A stretch of DNA of 64,000 nucleotides from Escherichia coli (GCF_050320075.1 NZ_CP190018.1); one strand, 5' to 3'; numbered from the stretch's first letter, positions 1 to 14,075 are shown. The notes: generated from the letters alone by a model not told the origin. A program made the numbers and translations.

Positions 1-309
1 TAATGATGCTTCAATACCTGCTTTTGCCGTATCCTGATTCAACATATCCTGCACCCACAATTTAGACGTTATAAATAACTCATCTCGGGTACATAAACCT
101 TCAGATATAGCTTCACGAACGGCTTCACCGACGGCATCTTCATTACCGTATACCGCTGCAGTGTCGATGAGTCGATAACCCGTGCGGATAGCATTCAACA
201 CTGACTGTTTGCACACGTCTTTATCGGTAACCTGAAAAACACCAAATCCCATCATCGGCATTTTCAGATTGTTACTTAATACGGAAAATTCCACTGTCAG
301 TCCCTCCAT
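1..309 (-). CDS. aldo-keto reductase, N-terminal ~100 codons only (gene runs off the window start)
   Basis: Reverse-strand translation from ATG at 307-309 gives MEGLTVEFSVLSNNLKMPMMGFGVFQV...[14 protein letters not shown], the AKR N-terminal signature; not in the ORF track because truncated. Confidence 0.6.
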   Translation of the reverse strand, partial: MEGLTVEFSVLSNNLKMPMMGFGVFQVTDKDVCKQSVLNAIRTGYRLIDTAAVYGNEDAVGEAVREAISEGLCTRDELFITSKLWVQDMLNQDTAKAGIEASL

Positions 310-541
310 TAGGTATGAACAATGAGTCTACGTTAAAACGTAACCTCAAATTAGTATGTGGATTTTGATATCACTTATGCAAAAAATTCATTAATAATGT
401 AGGACTGAAACCTCTCTATTTTTGGGGCAATGAAGCAGACGCTATCAGTGCTTTTGCCTTGGGACTTGCTGTTTTTGATACACTTAAGGCCCAGGACATA
501 ACGAAAATGTGCGATATGACAAAGAATTAACGGAGAATGTG

Positions 542-1399
542 ATGATCAGGCAGAAGATTCTACAGCAGCTCCTGGAGTGGATTGAGTGCAATCTTGAGCA
601 CCCTATTTCAATCGAAGATATCGCACAGAAATCTGGCTACAGCAGACGCAACATCCAGCTTCTGTTCCGAAATTTCATGCATGTGCCTTTGGGAGAATAC
701 ATTCGCAAACGAAGGCTTTGTCGTGCCGCCATTCTTGTCCGACTCACCGCGAAATCTATGCTTGATATTGCACTCTCTTTACATTTTGACTCACAGCAGT
801 CATTCAGCCGCGAATTTAAAAAGTTATTCGGCTGCTCTCCCCGTGAATACCGCCACCGTGATTATTGGGATCTCGCAAATATCTTCCCTTCTTTTTTAAT
901 ACGTCAACAGCAAAAGACGGAGTGTAGATTAGTCAACTTTCCTGAGACACCTATTTTTGGCAATTCATTTAAATATGATATTGAAGTATCGAATAAATCA
1001 CCGGATGAAGAAGTCAAACTGCGACGTCATCATTTAGCCAGATGTATGAAGAATTTTAAGACGGATATCTATTTCGTCTCCACATTCGAACCGTCAACAA
1101 AATCGGTCGATTTGCTCACAGTTGAAACTTTTGCCGGTACGGTATGCAAACAAACCGATTCAGAGATGTCGAAAGAGTGGACAATTAACCGAGGACTGTA
1201 TGCCTCTTTCCGCTATGAAGGTGAGTGGGAGCACTACCCTGAATGGGCGCGAAACCTCTATCTGATGGAATTACCTGCCAGGGGGTTAGCCAGAGTGAAC
1301 GGCAGTGATATTGAGCGATTTTATTACAATGAAAACTTCGTCGAAATTGATAGCAATAACATTGTTTGCGAAATTTTTATCCCCGTTCGCCCGGTTTAG
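542..1399 (+). CDS. AraC-family transcriptional regulator (N-terminal HTH, C-terminal effector-binding domain)
   Basis: ORF 509..1399; GGAGA RBS upstream of ATG at 542 (MIRQKILQQLLEWIE...); AraC HTH motifs (IEDIAQKSGYSRRNIQLLF, SQQSFSREFKKLFGCSPREYR); sits beside eaeH as ykgA does in E. coli. Confidence 0.8.
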   Translation: MIRQKILQQLLEWIECNLEHPISIEDIAQKSGYSRRNIQLLFRNFMHVPLGEYIRKRRLCRAAILVRLTAKSMLDIALSLHFDSQQSFSREFKKLFGCSPREYRHRDYWDLANIFPSFLIRQQQKTECRLVNFPETPIFGNSFKYDIEVSNKSPDEEVKLRRHHLARCMKNFKTDIYFVSTFEPSTKSVDLLTVETFAGTVCKQTDSEMSKEWTINRGLYASFRYEGEWEHYPEWARNLYLMELPARGLARVNGSDIERFYYNENFVEIDSNNIVCEIFIPVRPV

Positions 1400-1523
1400 C
1401 CTGTAAATCCATCACATAAGATTTACCCTACCCTGCCACCGTCTAATCGGTACCAGGGTAGGTATTCAGTAAATAATGGCGCTGCGCATGTCAACGCCAT
1501 TATTATTTATTACATCGTCGTTT

Positions 1524-4500
1524 TTATTTCTCCTCAGCACCTTCAGTATCTGCAGGAACGGCGTTAATTGTCACAGTCACTGGTTTCATTTCATACCCTC
1601 CATATGTCAAAGAGTTGAATGTGAATGTGTATGTACCTGGCTTGTTGGTACTAAATGTACGCGTGATTTTCCCGCTCGCGAAATGGTCATTTTTCGACGG
1701 CAGGAACTGATAATCCGCCTCTGTCACCCCTTCCGGAGCCTCAATGTCGACCCACATGGTTCCTCCTACGGGGTTGACACCCGACATCAGAGTAACCGTC
1801 AGTGTTGCAGTAGTCTTCCCGTCCGCCACCAGAGAATCTACACGCTCTGGAGATGCAGCGAGCTCCGCGTTTTTATCATCCGCGACGAATTTAGATTCGG
1901 CAGTTTTCGTCGATTCCTGACCGTCGGCCTGTTCCACTTTCGCCGTGAGTGTATATGTCGCTGCGACAGTGGTCGTGGCGGTGAAAATAGCCTGTCCTTG
2001 CTCATTCGTTGTCGCCGTCCCATCGGGATCCAGAGCTAAATTTGCCGGGCTAGCAGTCAGCGTCACCTCGCTATCTTTCAACAGGTTGTTATTGGCATCA
2101 GTCACCGTAACTTTATACGTCTGTTTGGCTTTGCCATCCGCCAGTGCATAGTTGCCAATCACCTCAATACCGGAGACGGTTGCGGTCGCCTTATCGGCCA
2201 CAAACGTTATAGTCTGCGCATCCGAAGGCTGGTCATTTCCTGCCGATGCCGTGATCTCATAGGTTCCGGCAGTCACGGAAACCACCTGCAACTCTGCTTT
2301 CCCCTCATCGTTGGCTTTCACCCAGACATTATCGCCAGTAAGCGGCTTGACACCCCGGGGCAGATTAAAGGTCACCAGAGTGCCTGGAACAGGGTTACCG
2401 TTTTTATCCTCAACGGTCGCCGTCAGCGTAAAGGCATCTTTGCCGTTTGCCACTTTTTGAACGGCGGTGTCAACCTGCAGGTTTGCCTGACCGGTGCTGG
2501 CATCCGCGTTGAATTTCACCGTGACCGTCTTCTGAGAGTTTTTCACCGCGGCCGCGATTTCAAGTTCCCCTGCAACGGTTGATATCAACTCAATATCCGC
2601 TTTACCTGCCGCATTGGTTGTTACTGTATTCCCCGTCTTGCTAGTCACACCCTGCGGTAAAGTCAGCGTAACTTCTTGCCCCTGCAACGGGTTACCATAG
2701 CTGTCCACGACGGTCAGGGTTATCTGGTTAGCAGACTGTCCATTAGCCAGTTGGTTATTAACCTTCACTGTCATATCACGAATCTCAGCCTGAGAAGCGT
2801 CCCCTGCAACGTTCAGCACCAGTGGCTGAGCAACAGCATTTTGGCCGTTCACTCGCGGCATCACAGACAACTGACCCGCGGCAGATCCCAGCGTTAAGGT
2901 CGACACGTAGACCCCATTACCTTTCTCTGTCCAGTTTCCTGCTGAAGGACGCTCACTCCCCGTGCTGGCGGCACCGCTAAACACTGGTGCATCTGGCTTC
3001 AGCCCGGTGACCGGATTCCCGTACGCATCCTTCACGGTGAAGGTGAGTTCCGTCGTCGTTTTAACCGTTGGAGTTTTATTGTCCGCAACAAGCGTAGAAT
3101 TCGCTGATGACATCTCTCCGGCAATAACAGTCAGCTGCGCGGCTTCGGTGGCTGCTGGCTGGCCGTTGAAGAGCGGCATGACACGAAGCTCGCCCGTCTT
3201 TCCGCCTGTAGTTAACGTAGCAACATAGGAACCGTCACCTTTTTCGGTCCAACTGGAAACGGTCGCCCCTTCAGAGGCGGTCCCCGTCAAACTTGCCGAC
3301 AACGAAAGACCACTGATAGCGTTGCCATGTGCATCTTTCGCCACCAACGTCACGGTTGTGCTTTCGCCGGCTTTTACGTGATCTTCCGCGACAGAGACTT
3401 TCGACTGGTTTGAAGATAACGCATCAGCCACCACGGTTACTTTTGCCGCATTTGCTGCCGCATCCTGTCCATTTAGCTTCGGCATAACTTCTAATTCACC
3501 CGCCGTAGAGCCGAGAGTAATCTGCGCAGTCCACGTCCCATCACCATTATTTGTCCAGCCAGATGCCGTAGAACCAACAGCAGCGGCACCCGCTAATGAC
3601 GGCGCTTCCGGCGTGAGGCTGGTCACAGGGTTGTCATTGGCATCTTTTGTCGACCAGATTGCCGTAAGCGTACCGCCGACCACCGGTTTATCAGGATTCA
3701 GGGTGATGGACGAATGTGCTGCATCAAGCGGCCCGGCAACAAACTTCAGCGTTTGTTGTAATGTGCCCAGCTGATACTGCTCGCTGAAGGCGCGCACAAC
3801 AACGTTTCCGGCACGGGTCGAAGAAACCGTGGCGCTGTAAACCCCTGGTTTTATTTCCGAAATGGCACCAACGGTAACACCATTAGTGTCTTGCGGAACA
3901 AGTCGCAGGCGGCTGGCTTCTCCCGTCACCGGATTACCCTCGGAGTCCACCGCAGTCAGCGTCAGCGTGTAGGCTTGCTGACCATCAGCAACCACGTCAC
4001 CTGACGGCTCGTTAGCGCTCAGGGTGGAGTTTGCCACATCCATCATCGTGGCCCGCAGTTCTGCAGTGACGGTTTTGCTCATGCCATCAACGCTAACAGT
4101 AATCGTTGCCTCACCTGACTGCGTTCCGGTCGTAAAGACAGACTGGTACACCCCTGCTTCAGTTTCGGTGAACTCACCCAGTGTGGGCTGTGCCTGTGAT
4201 TTAGTGGCCTTCAGGGTACGAGTCACAATATTTCCAGCCGGTTTGAAGGTTAGTTCAGTCTTGATCTGCTCCTTCATGCCCGTGACTGGCTGACCCTCGG
4301 CGTCGCGCATAGACAGCACCAGCGGCTTTTGCTCATTACCGTTAGCAAGCATTTGAATACGGCTCTGACCGTCAAGCGTTAACGCCGTGCGATCGGCGCT
4401 CATACCAGCTCCGGTAATAACCACTTCTGTCTGCACACGTTTCGAGGCATTGCCTTTGTTATCGTAGGCAACTGCTGAAATCGCATAATAATTGTCTTTG

Positions 4501-5774
4501 CCTGGACGATAAGCCGGGAGCGTTACTTGCCACTGACTACCCTGACCGGTAATTTTGCCACCTTCAGCCAGTAATGACGGCGCTTCCCACTGCACATTTT
4601 TCAGTCCGTGTGTTGCTTTGCTGACCACAAGCCCCAGGGAAACCGTCTGACCGCCCTTACCTTCAATACGCTCAGGCAGAGCAATACGGATCACTTCAGA
4701 TTTGCGGTACTCAAGAACGATGTTGTTATTACGCTCAACCAGGTCATAGCGGCTGCCTGCCAGCATTCGACGCTCGCGAATGCTGTCTGTATCGAGTTGT
4801 TTTTGCAGAGGTTCGCCAATCCGATAATTAACTTCCAAGCCAAAGCGAGTGTCATTCTCACCACTCTTGCCCTGCTTATGCCCGGCACTCAGGGTCAGAA
4901 GAGGCACTGGCGTGTAATTCACTTCAGCGGTAATCGCATGTGGATCTTTCTGGCGTTTATCTTTGCCAAACAGCCCGACTTCATCGCCATAATACTGCTC
5001 ATACATCAGGCTTGCGCCAAGCTGCGGCCAGGCGGGTAAATAGCCCTCAGCACGAATATCCCAGCCATTCGCCGGGCGTTCCTGATAATCCTCAACATCC
5101 GGCGATTTTTTCCAGCCAGAAGCCCGGATATAACCATTGGCGCTCAATTTCAAATAATCACGCCAGTATTCCGCACCAACACCAATGCGGGTATGACTAC
5201 GGGATAAATCATGGTCGATAAAGGTGTTCACCCCCGCCATCCAGTCATTTCCTGAAAAATGACGCCAGCCAAAACCAATATTTGACTGAGTACGATCGTC
5301 GGTACGATGTATTGCCCCCTGAGTGAACAACATATTTGTCGGTGTATCATAAATCGGATAAAGCATTTCCAGCGAAGAATCCTTCAGCGAGAAATCTTTA
5401 TCGACATTCAGTTTGACGCGCGCAGTACCGTATTTCCCGAGCCACTCCTGAATTTCCTGGTTAGCTTTAGCGGTGGCCATTCCGGTAATAAAGTTACGTG
5501 TCGCATCGCTATCTGGCTGACTGCTTAAAAATGTCCCGGCATTTGCGGCAAACGACGCGACATTTTTCTCCACATTATTATCAGCAGCTACTGTGGTATT
5601 TTCCATGCTCAAACGTGGCTGAACCGCATGCTGCGCACGTGCTGCCATTACTGGCGTAAAGGTGACAGCGAGTGGAAAAAGAACCTGAACAGAGATATTT
5701 GCCCACGCCACGCAGCGGGCCAGAACTGAATAACGAAATCGTGGTTGTTTATGACCTGTTTTATAACGTGACAT
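1524..5774 (-). CDS. eaeH: intimin/invasin-like outer-membrane adhesin with repeated Big (bacterial Ig-like) domains, 1416 aa
   Basis: 1416-aa ORF; N-terminal signal and beta-barrel region, then many ~90-aa Thr/Val/Ala-rich Ig-like repeats; length and position match full-length EaeH/FdeC. Confidence 0.9.
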   Translation of the reverse strand: MSRYKTGHKQPRFRYSVLARCVAWANISVQVLFPLAVTFTPVMAARAQHAVQPRLSMENTTVAADNNVEKNVASFAANAGTFLSSQPDSDATRNFITGMATAKANQEIQEWLGKYGTARVKLNVDKDFSLKDSSLEMLYPIYDTPTNMLFTQGAIHRTDDRTQSNIGFGWRHFSGNDWMAGVNTFIDHDLSRSHTRIGVGAEYWRDYLKLSANGYIRASGWKKSPDVEDYQERPANGWDIRAEGYLPAWPQLGASLMYEQYYGDEVGLFGKDKRQKDPHAITAEVNYTPVPLLTLSAGHKQGKSGENDTRFGLEVNYRIGEPLQKQLDTDSIRERRMLAGSRYDLVERNNNIVLEYRKSEVIRIALPERIEGKGGQTVSLGLVVSKATHGLKNVQWEAPSLLAEGGKITGQGSQWQVTLPAYRPGKDNYYAISAVAYDNKGNASKRVQTEVVITGAGMSADRTALTLDGQSRIQMLANGNEQKPLVLSMRDAEGQPVTGMKEQIKTELTFKPAGNIVTRTLKATKSQAQPTLGEFTETEAGVYQSVFTTGTQSGEATITVSVDGMSKTVTAELRATMMDVANSTLSANEPSGDVVADGQQAYTLTLTAVDSEGNPVTGEASRLRLVPQDTNGVTVGAISEIKPGVYSATVSSTRAGNVVVRAFSEQYQLGTLQQTLKFVAGPLDAAHSSITLNPDKPVVGGTLTAIWSTKDANDNPVTSLTPEAPSLAGAAAVGSTASGWTNNGDGTWTAQITLGSTAGELEVMPKLNGQDAAANAAKVTVVADALSSNQSKVSVAEDHVKAGESTTVTLVAKDAHGNAISGLSLSASLTGTASEGATVSSWTEKGDGSYVATLTTGGKTGELRVMPLFNGQPAATEAAQLTVIAGEMSSANSTLVADNKTPTVKTTTELTFTVKDAYGNPVTGLKPDAPVFSGAASTGSERPSAGNWTEKGNGVYVSTLTLGSAAGQLSVMPRVNGQNAVAQPLVLNVAGDASQAEIRDMTVKVNNQLANGQSANQITLTVVDSYGNPLQGQEVTLTLPQGVTSKTGNTVTTNAAGKADIELISTVAGELEIAAAVKNSQKTVTVKFNADASTGQANLQVDTAVQKVANGKDAFTLTATVEDKNGNPVPGTLVTFNLPRGVKPLTGDNVWVKANDEGKAELQVVSVTAGTYEITASAGNDQPSDAQTITFVADKATATVSGIEVIGNYALADGKAKQTYKVTVTDANNNLLKDSEVTLTASPANLALDPDGTATTNEQGQAIFTATTTVAATYTLTAKVEQADGQESTKTAESKFVADDKNAELAASPERVDSLVADGKTTATLTVTLMSGVNPVGGTMWVDIEAPEGVTEADYQFLPSKNDHFASGKITRTFSTNKPGTYTFTFNSLTYGGYEMKPVTVTINAVPADTEGAEEK

Positions 5775-6324
5775 TGAGATAATTTCCTGATGAACGAATT
5801 AACGAACATAGGCAGACACAAATAATGGCGTCTGCTTGTCAGAAAAACCGGGGATTTCCCGGTTTCCTTTTCCGCAGAAAAGGAAATACCTTTATGTAAG
5901 AAAGTACACCGCCACCTAATATATCCAGTGTCTGTAGCCACTCATCAGGTGGTTGGGCGCGGGATTATATTTTTATTTATGGGTAAAAATTTAGCTTTTT
6001 GTGCAAGTTATTAAATAGATACTTAAGTTATATTTCTTACTCTGCGGGCAGTGAATAATTCATTATTAAGAGTGAATAATAATGACCCGTCTTTAATTAA
6101 CTGCTATTGGGAGTACGTCGAAGTGAGTATATACGCCAGGATAAACCAATATATTTTTTATGGACATTCATTTATATTCATCGGACTGTAAATTCCGGGG
6201 ATATCGAACTTGCACGACTAATCTCAACCCTCAAACAGATTTATGAATTTTGTTCATAACCCCTGACAAATCCTGCCGTCTAATCGAGCTTTTCCCTTTA
6301 CGTTATGCTTCTCATGAACGATAA

Positions 6325-9248
<2,924 letters not shown>

Positions 9249-9330
9249 CTAAACTTTCAGGAGATTTATTATGAATAAACGTATCCTCACGATTGCGCCA
9301 TTCTTCTTACCGATATTCTGACACACATCA

Positions 9331-10257
9331 TTAACTTTCTATTTTTACTCTTTTCTCCACCATAAAATCAATAAAAGCACGAACTTTAGAGGGCATTCTC
9401 ACCCGTGATGAAACATATATATAAAATCCAGGAAATGAAACGGCCCAATCCTCAAGAATCGGCTGTAACTTGCCCGCATTGATATGTTCAGCGATTGCAA
9501 AATCCAGATGTTGAATGATACCCGTTCCATTCAGCGCCATTCGTATCATGCTTTCGTCATCATTAGAAATATACTTACCTGAAACCTCTATTTCGAACTC
9601 TTCATTACCCCCCACAACATTAGAAAACTCCCATGCAGAGAGTGCACCGCTACTTTTATGCCGCAACCGAAGGCAATTATGGTTACTCAGTTCCTGAGGC
9701 GTTTCAGGAATACCGTGTTCTTTTAAATAATCTGGCGATGCCACAGTAACCAGTTTAATAAGCGGAGAAACAGGAACGGCAGTCATATGCTCATCCAGTC
9801 CTTGCTCAAGACGTATGCCCACATCACAGCCGTCCGCAATAATGTTAGATAAACCGTCATCCATAATGAGTTCTATCTTTGTTTTGGGGTAACGAGTAAG
9901 AAACTCGCCAATATGAGGCTCAACAAGCATCCGTGCTGCAACACGGGAGGAATTTATTCTCAACAGGCCTGTAGGTTCAAGTTGGGTATCACCAACATCT
10001 TTCAAAGCATCATCAATTTGCCCCAAAGCCGACACCAGCACTTCATACAGACGCTGTCCTTCCTCAGTAAGCGACATATTGCGGGTCGTACGGTATATCA
10101 GCTTGGTGTTAAGACGTTCCTCAAGAGATTTTAAATTCTGGGACAATGCGGCCCGCGTAATACCCATTTCAGAAGCGGCTCTGGAAAAACTGCCGGCACG
10201 AACAATAAGCGCAAACCAGGCAAGAGAAGGCAAAATTGAAGGCTCTATTTTCATCAT
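9331..10257 (-). CDS. LysR-family transcriptional regulator
   Basis: HTH FALIVRAGSFSRAASEMGITRAALSQNLKSLEERL; divergent from the hydrolase gene at 10414; start probably the internal Met. Confidence 0.8.
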   Translation of the reverse strand: MMKIEPSILPSLAWFALIVRAGSFSRAASEMGITRAALSQNLKSLEERLNTKLIYRTTRNMSLTEEGQRLYEVLVSALGQIDDALKDVGDTQLEPTGLLRINSSRVAARMLVEPHIGEFLTRYPKTKIELIMDDGLSNIIADGCDVGIRLEQGLDEHMTAVPVSPLIKLVTVASPDYLKEHGIPETPQELSNHNCLRLRHKSSGALSAWEFSNVVGGNEEFEIEVSGKYISNDDESMIRMALNGTGIIQHLDFAIAEHINAGKLQPILEDWAVSFPGFYIYVSSRVRMPSKVRAFIDFMVEKRVKIES

Positions 10258-10413
10258 TGTAAACCTTAACTTAACACTGTGATAGATATTAGACCATTGA
10301 TGATAACCAATACAAGTCATACTATTACGCCGTTCTCGATATGAACACGAATGCCAGTTGCGGATAATAGAAATGATATTTAAATCTGTTTAGGCAAATC
10401 CCCGGAGCTTGAA

Positions 10414-11334
10414 ATGAAAACTGTTTCGATAAAACATACTTACTGGGATATAGCTGCTGATATCTATTTCCCTGACGATTTTAATAGTGAAAAAAAGTAT
10501 CCTGCCATTATCAGCGCCCATCCAATTGGAAGCTGCAAAGAACAGACATCGGGTAGTGTGTATGGTGCCGCCCTGGCAAAAGCTGGTTTTATCGTCATTG
10601 CTTTTGATGCCAGTTTTCAGGGAAGCAGCGGTGGAGAACCGCGTTATCTGGAAGATCCAACAATGCGAGTAAAAGACTTCAGCATTGTCGTTGATTACCT
10701 TACCACCTTACCTTACGTTGATGCCGGGCGTATTGGTGTACTGGGTATTTGTGGTGGAGGTGGATATGCCATTAATGCCGCAATGACAGAACGTCGAATT
10801 AAAGCTATTGGTACTGTCACGGGTGCAAACTACGGGCGTCTTATGCGTGAGGGATTTACAGCGTTTAATCCTATCGGAGCACTCGAAGCGATGGCGCAAC
10901 AAAGAACAGACGAAGCTAACGGCGCAAAACTTCGCGTAGATGATTTACTCCCCTCTTCTCCGGATGCAGCTCTTGAAGCGGGATTAACAGAAATAGACCT
11001 TTTTGAAGCCACAGAATATTATCGTTCGCCACGAGGCTGTGCACCTAATGGGGTAAATCGTTCGCTATTCTCACATCAGACTGTTGCCGTGGGTTGGGAT
11101 GCATTTCATCTTGCAGAAGTCCTGTTAACTCAACCAATAATGGTTGTGGTGGGCGATAGAGTGGGCGCATTTGGTGCCTACCGTGACGGCTGCGAAATTA
11201 TTGGCCGCGCTGCCTCAAAACATAAAGAGCTGGTCGTGGTTGAAGGTTATTCACATTACGACCTGTATGATAAGCCAGAACCTGTGAAACAGGCACTCGA
11301 AAAATTAATTCCTTTTTATAAAACACATTTGTAA
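10414..11334 (+). CDS. alpha/beta hydrolase (dienelactone hydrolase / S15 peptidase-like), cytoplasmic
   Basis: 306 aa; paralogous to the 29616..30752 protein (shared KEQxSG...AFDxSxxGxSGG...IGxLGICG motifs); no signal peptide. Confidence 0.75.
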   Translation: MKTVSIKHTYWDIAADIYFPDDFNSEKKYPAIISAHPIGSCKEQTSGSVYGAALAKAGFIVIAFDASFQGSSGGEPRYLEDPTMRVKDFSIVVDYLTTLPYVDAGRIGVLGICGGGGYAINAAMTERRIKAIGTVTGANYGRLMREGFTAFNPIGALEAMAQQRTDEANGAKLRVDDLLPSSPDAALEAGLTEIDLFEATEYYRSPRGCAPNGVNRSLFSHQTVAVGWDAFHLAEVLLTQPIMVVVGDRVGAFGAYRDGCEIIGRAASKHKELVVVEGYSHYDLYDKPEPVKQALEKLIPFYKTHL

Positions 11335-11507
11335 TAATCTTACAGGGAGATTCCTTATCTCCCTGACATTTATCCTTTATTGACTACACAACAATAATAA
11401 AATTACTCAAAAAGAATTCTATTAAAGGAAAAAAAGCATCAAAAAGTAGCAACTCAACTTATTAAGATTATACGCATTAAAATCAGATAAACATTTGAGG
11501 TATTGTT

Positions 11508-12650
11508 ATGACAAATAAACACCCATCATTGTTTTCTCCTTTTATGCTGACAGAAAAAATAAAGCTACGTAATCGTATCGTTATGGCTCCTATGACAACC
11601 TGGTCAGCTAATCCTGATGGAACCATCTCTGAGCAAGAACTCGAATTTTATAAACGTCGCTCACAAAATGTTGGTTTAGTAATAACAGGATGCACCTATG
11701 TCACGCCAAGCGGCATTGGGTTTACTCATGAATTTGCCGCGTATGACGACCGTTTCATTAACAGCCTTGAAAAGTTAGCAGCTGCAGCCAAAAGTGGCGG
11801 TGCTCCGGCTATTTTGCAGATTTTCCACGCTGGTAATAAAGCCATCCCGGAGCTTGTGCCAAATAACGATGTTATTAGTGCCAGCGCATCAAGCGTAAAA
11901 TCTGGTGACTTTATGAAGAGAGTGGTACAAAGCAGGGAAATGACTGAAAACGAAATTCAGGAAACCATTAGAGCATTCGGAGATGTCACAAAAAGGGCGA
12001 TTAAAGCAGGTTTTGATGGCGTTGAACTTCATGGTGCGCACGGATTCCTTCTACAGAATTTCTTCTCCCCTCTATTTAACCAGCGTAATGACCGATGGGG
12101 AGGAGATCTCGAAAGACGTATGCGATTCCCGCTGGCCGTATTACAGGAAGTAAAAAATGTAGTCTATGAATATGCGACAAAGCCCTTTGCCATCGGTTAC
12201 AGAATATCTCCTGAAGAATCTGCAACAGGGGGGCTGCGGATAGAGGATACTTATAAACTCCTTGATCGGCTCATTGCATCCGGTATTTCGTATATACATA
12301 CCTCGCTGGTCAGTATTAACGATAGCTACCCTGTTGAGTCGCCAAATGGCCCCCGAACTATTGAATTGATTTTAAATCATATTGCAGGCAGAGTGCCGGT
12401 AATCGCTGCAGGTAAAATACGCACACCGTCTCAGGCTCAAGAAGCAATTTCCACTGGCCTGCCACTTGTTGCGATCGGTAAAGGGCTGGTGATAAATCCA
12501 GAATGGGTGACTTTAGCTGAATCAGGTAGAAGCCATGAAATTCAAACAACCCTTAATCCACAACTTGTTCCTGAATTAACCATTCCGGATAAACTATGGG
12601 ATCAAATTCAGGCATCGAAAGGAACTGGCTGGTTTCCGTTAATGGATTAA
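11508..12650 (+). CDS. NADH:flavin oxidoreductase, Old Yellow Enzyme family
   Basis: 380 aa; OYE/NemA-like fold motifs (PMTTWSANPDG, HGAHGFLLQNFFSP). Confidence 0.8.
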   Translation: MTNKHPSLFSPFMLTEKIKLRNRIVMAPMTTWSANPDGTISEQELEFYKRRSQNVGLVITGCTYVTPSGIGFTHEFAAYDDRFINSLEKLAAAAKSGGAPAILQIFHAGNKAIPELVPNNDVISASASSVKSGDFMKRVVQSREMTENEIQETIRAFGDVTKRAIKAGFDGVELHGAHGFLLQNFFSPLFNQRNDRWGGDLERRMRFPLAVLQEVKNVVYEYATKPFAIGYRISPEESATGGLRIEDTYKLLDRLIASGISYIHTSLVSINDSYPVESPNGPRTIELILNHIAGRVPVIAAGKIRTPSQAQEAISTGLPLVAIGKGLVINPEWVTLAESGRSHEIQTTLNPQLVPELTIPDKLWDQIQASKGTGWFPLMD

Positions 12651-13121
12651 ATATCTATTACTCTCCCGAGTGTAAAACTATCAAACCAATGAGTAACCGA
12701 TACAGCCTCGCAAATTCTTTCAGATAATTAACCCGTCACTGCGGCACGTTCTCTCATAAGGCGTGCCTGCTGTGTAATCCAGTATGGATCCAGCATAGTT
12801 GACGGCTTAATAGACTCAATTCCTTTCCCAGGTTACCAACAACGATATCTTGTATAACACCCCAGAAGATACGACATTATGATGAGATGAGGTATGCTCC
12901 TCAGCGCCAATCAACGCCAGGGCTGGGCCAGTTTTGAGATCAGACTCATTCCCGGACTGACTTCAGGCGACATATATCAATGACGTTGGGGCAATAAAAG
13001 ATAGCCGATGTAATACATCTATTCAAATTTGTGATACATGTCAAAAAATTGGTTGACCAAACTCGTTATTTATATAAGGGCACTTACGAAGTGCACTCTT
13101 TTTTAAAGCGAGGAAGTACCA

Positions 13122-13223
13122 ATGAAAGAGAATAAAGTACAACAAATCAGTCATAAACTGATTAATATCGTTGTTTTTGTCGCAATTGTAGAATACGCCT
13201 ATTTATTTCTCCATTTCTATTAA
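13122..13223 (+). CDS. ykgR: small membrane protein, 33 aa (MKENKVQQISHKLINIVVFVAIVEYAYLFLHFY)
   Basis: Short ORF with RBS AGGAAG, hydrophobic C-terminal half; conserved position upstream of ykgM; a degenerate copy occurs at 32044-32160. Confidence 0.6.
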   Translation: MKENKVQQISHKLINIVVFVAIVEYAYLFLHFY

Positions 13224-13543
13224 TAACGGCAATAAACTGTTCACTTCAGTGATATTAAAAAATATGCATCCTCTCCCTTTTTTGTAAGTAATTATTATAT
13301 CCGTGGGAGAGGAATACACGCTGTCCGGCAATCAATCAAACTGCGATAAATCATCGGCCAGTAAAATGGAGATAGCCTCCATTCTCGAAAAATTCATACT
13401 CTCAGCGAAACCATCACTCATCAAGGCGTTTATGGGAGCGTCGCCAATGGCTGCTAACAATGCCAGACTTCCCCGTTGCCGAAATTCCACATACCACAAA
13501 TGGTCACAGGGATTGGGTGTTGAAATGATCCGGATGAGCATGT

Positions 13544-13570
13544 ATCTTTATGGTTATGTTATAACATAAC
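13544..13570 (+). promoter_or_regulatory. Zur box (zinc-uptake-regulator operator) in the ykgM promoter
   Basis: Palindrome GGTTATGTTATAACATAACAGG immediately upstream of the ykgM start; the ykgM-ykgO operon is a known Zur target. Confidence 0.75.
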
Positions 13571-13581
13571 AGGTAAAAATG

Positions 13582-13845
13582 ATGAAGCCCAATATCCATC
13601 CTGAGTATCGTACTGTGGTGTTCCACGACACCAGTGTTGATGAGTACTTTAAAATCGGCTCGACTATCAAAACAGACCGTGAGATTGAGCTGGATGGAGT
13701 AACGTATCCGTACGTGACAATTGATGTCTCTTCTAAATCGCACCCGTTCTATACAGGGAAGCTGAGAACAGTGGCATCAGAAGGAAATGTTGCACGATTC
13801 ACCCAACGTTTTGGTCGTTTTGTTAGCACGAAAAAGGGGGCATGA
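13582..13845 (+). CDS. ykgM: ribosomal protein L31 paralogue (type B, zinc-independent)
   Basis: [27 protein letters not shown]...; 87 aa; lacks the CxxC zinc ribbon. Confidence 0.95.
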
Positions 13846-13985
13846 TGAAAGTCCTTAACTCTCTGCGTACCGCAAAAGAACGCCATCCAGACTGTCAGAT
13901 TGTGAAGCGAAAAGGACGGCTATATGTGATTTGTAAATCTAATCCACGTTTTAAGGCCGTTCAGGGTCGTAAGAAAAAACGTTGA
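13845..13985 (+). CDS. ykgO: ribosomal protein L36 paralogue
   Basis: [46 protein letters not shown], 46 aa; start overlaps the ykgM stop (ATGATGA); not in the ORF track because it is short. Confidence 0.95.
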   Translation: MKVLNSLRTAKERHPDCQIVKRKGRLYVICKSNPRFKAVQGRKKKR

Positions 13986-14036
13986 TTCAAAATTCGACGA
14001 ATTAACGATATTTGTCTGATTAATAATCAGACCGGA

Positions 14037-14075
14037 TTAATGTTGGTGTATTTATTACACCAGCATTAATTTTCC
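14037..14075 (+). terminator. rho-independent terminator after ykgM-ykgO
   Basis: Hairpin TTAATGTTGGTGTA / TACACCAGCATTAA followed by a T-run. Confidence 0.6.

Noticed and set aside
1838-5221. Numerous 60-190-aa ORFs on both strands inside the eaeH coding region (for example 1476..2039, 2962..3228, 4024..4293, 4608..5039, 4940..5221)
   Set aside because: Embedded in and antisense or out of frame to a 1416-aa gene with strong domain repeats; products are low-complexity; typical spurious ORFs
13303-13569. 88-aa plus-strand and 69-aa minus-strand ORFs upstream of ykgM
   Set aside because: Overlap each other and the Zur-regulated promoter region; no RBS or recognisable domain; probably non-coding leader
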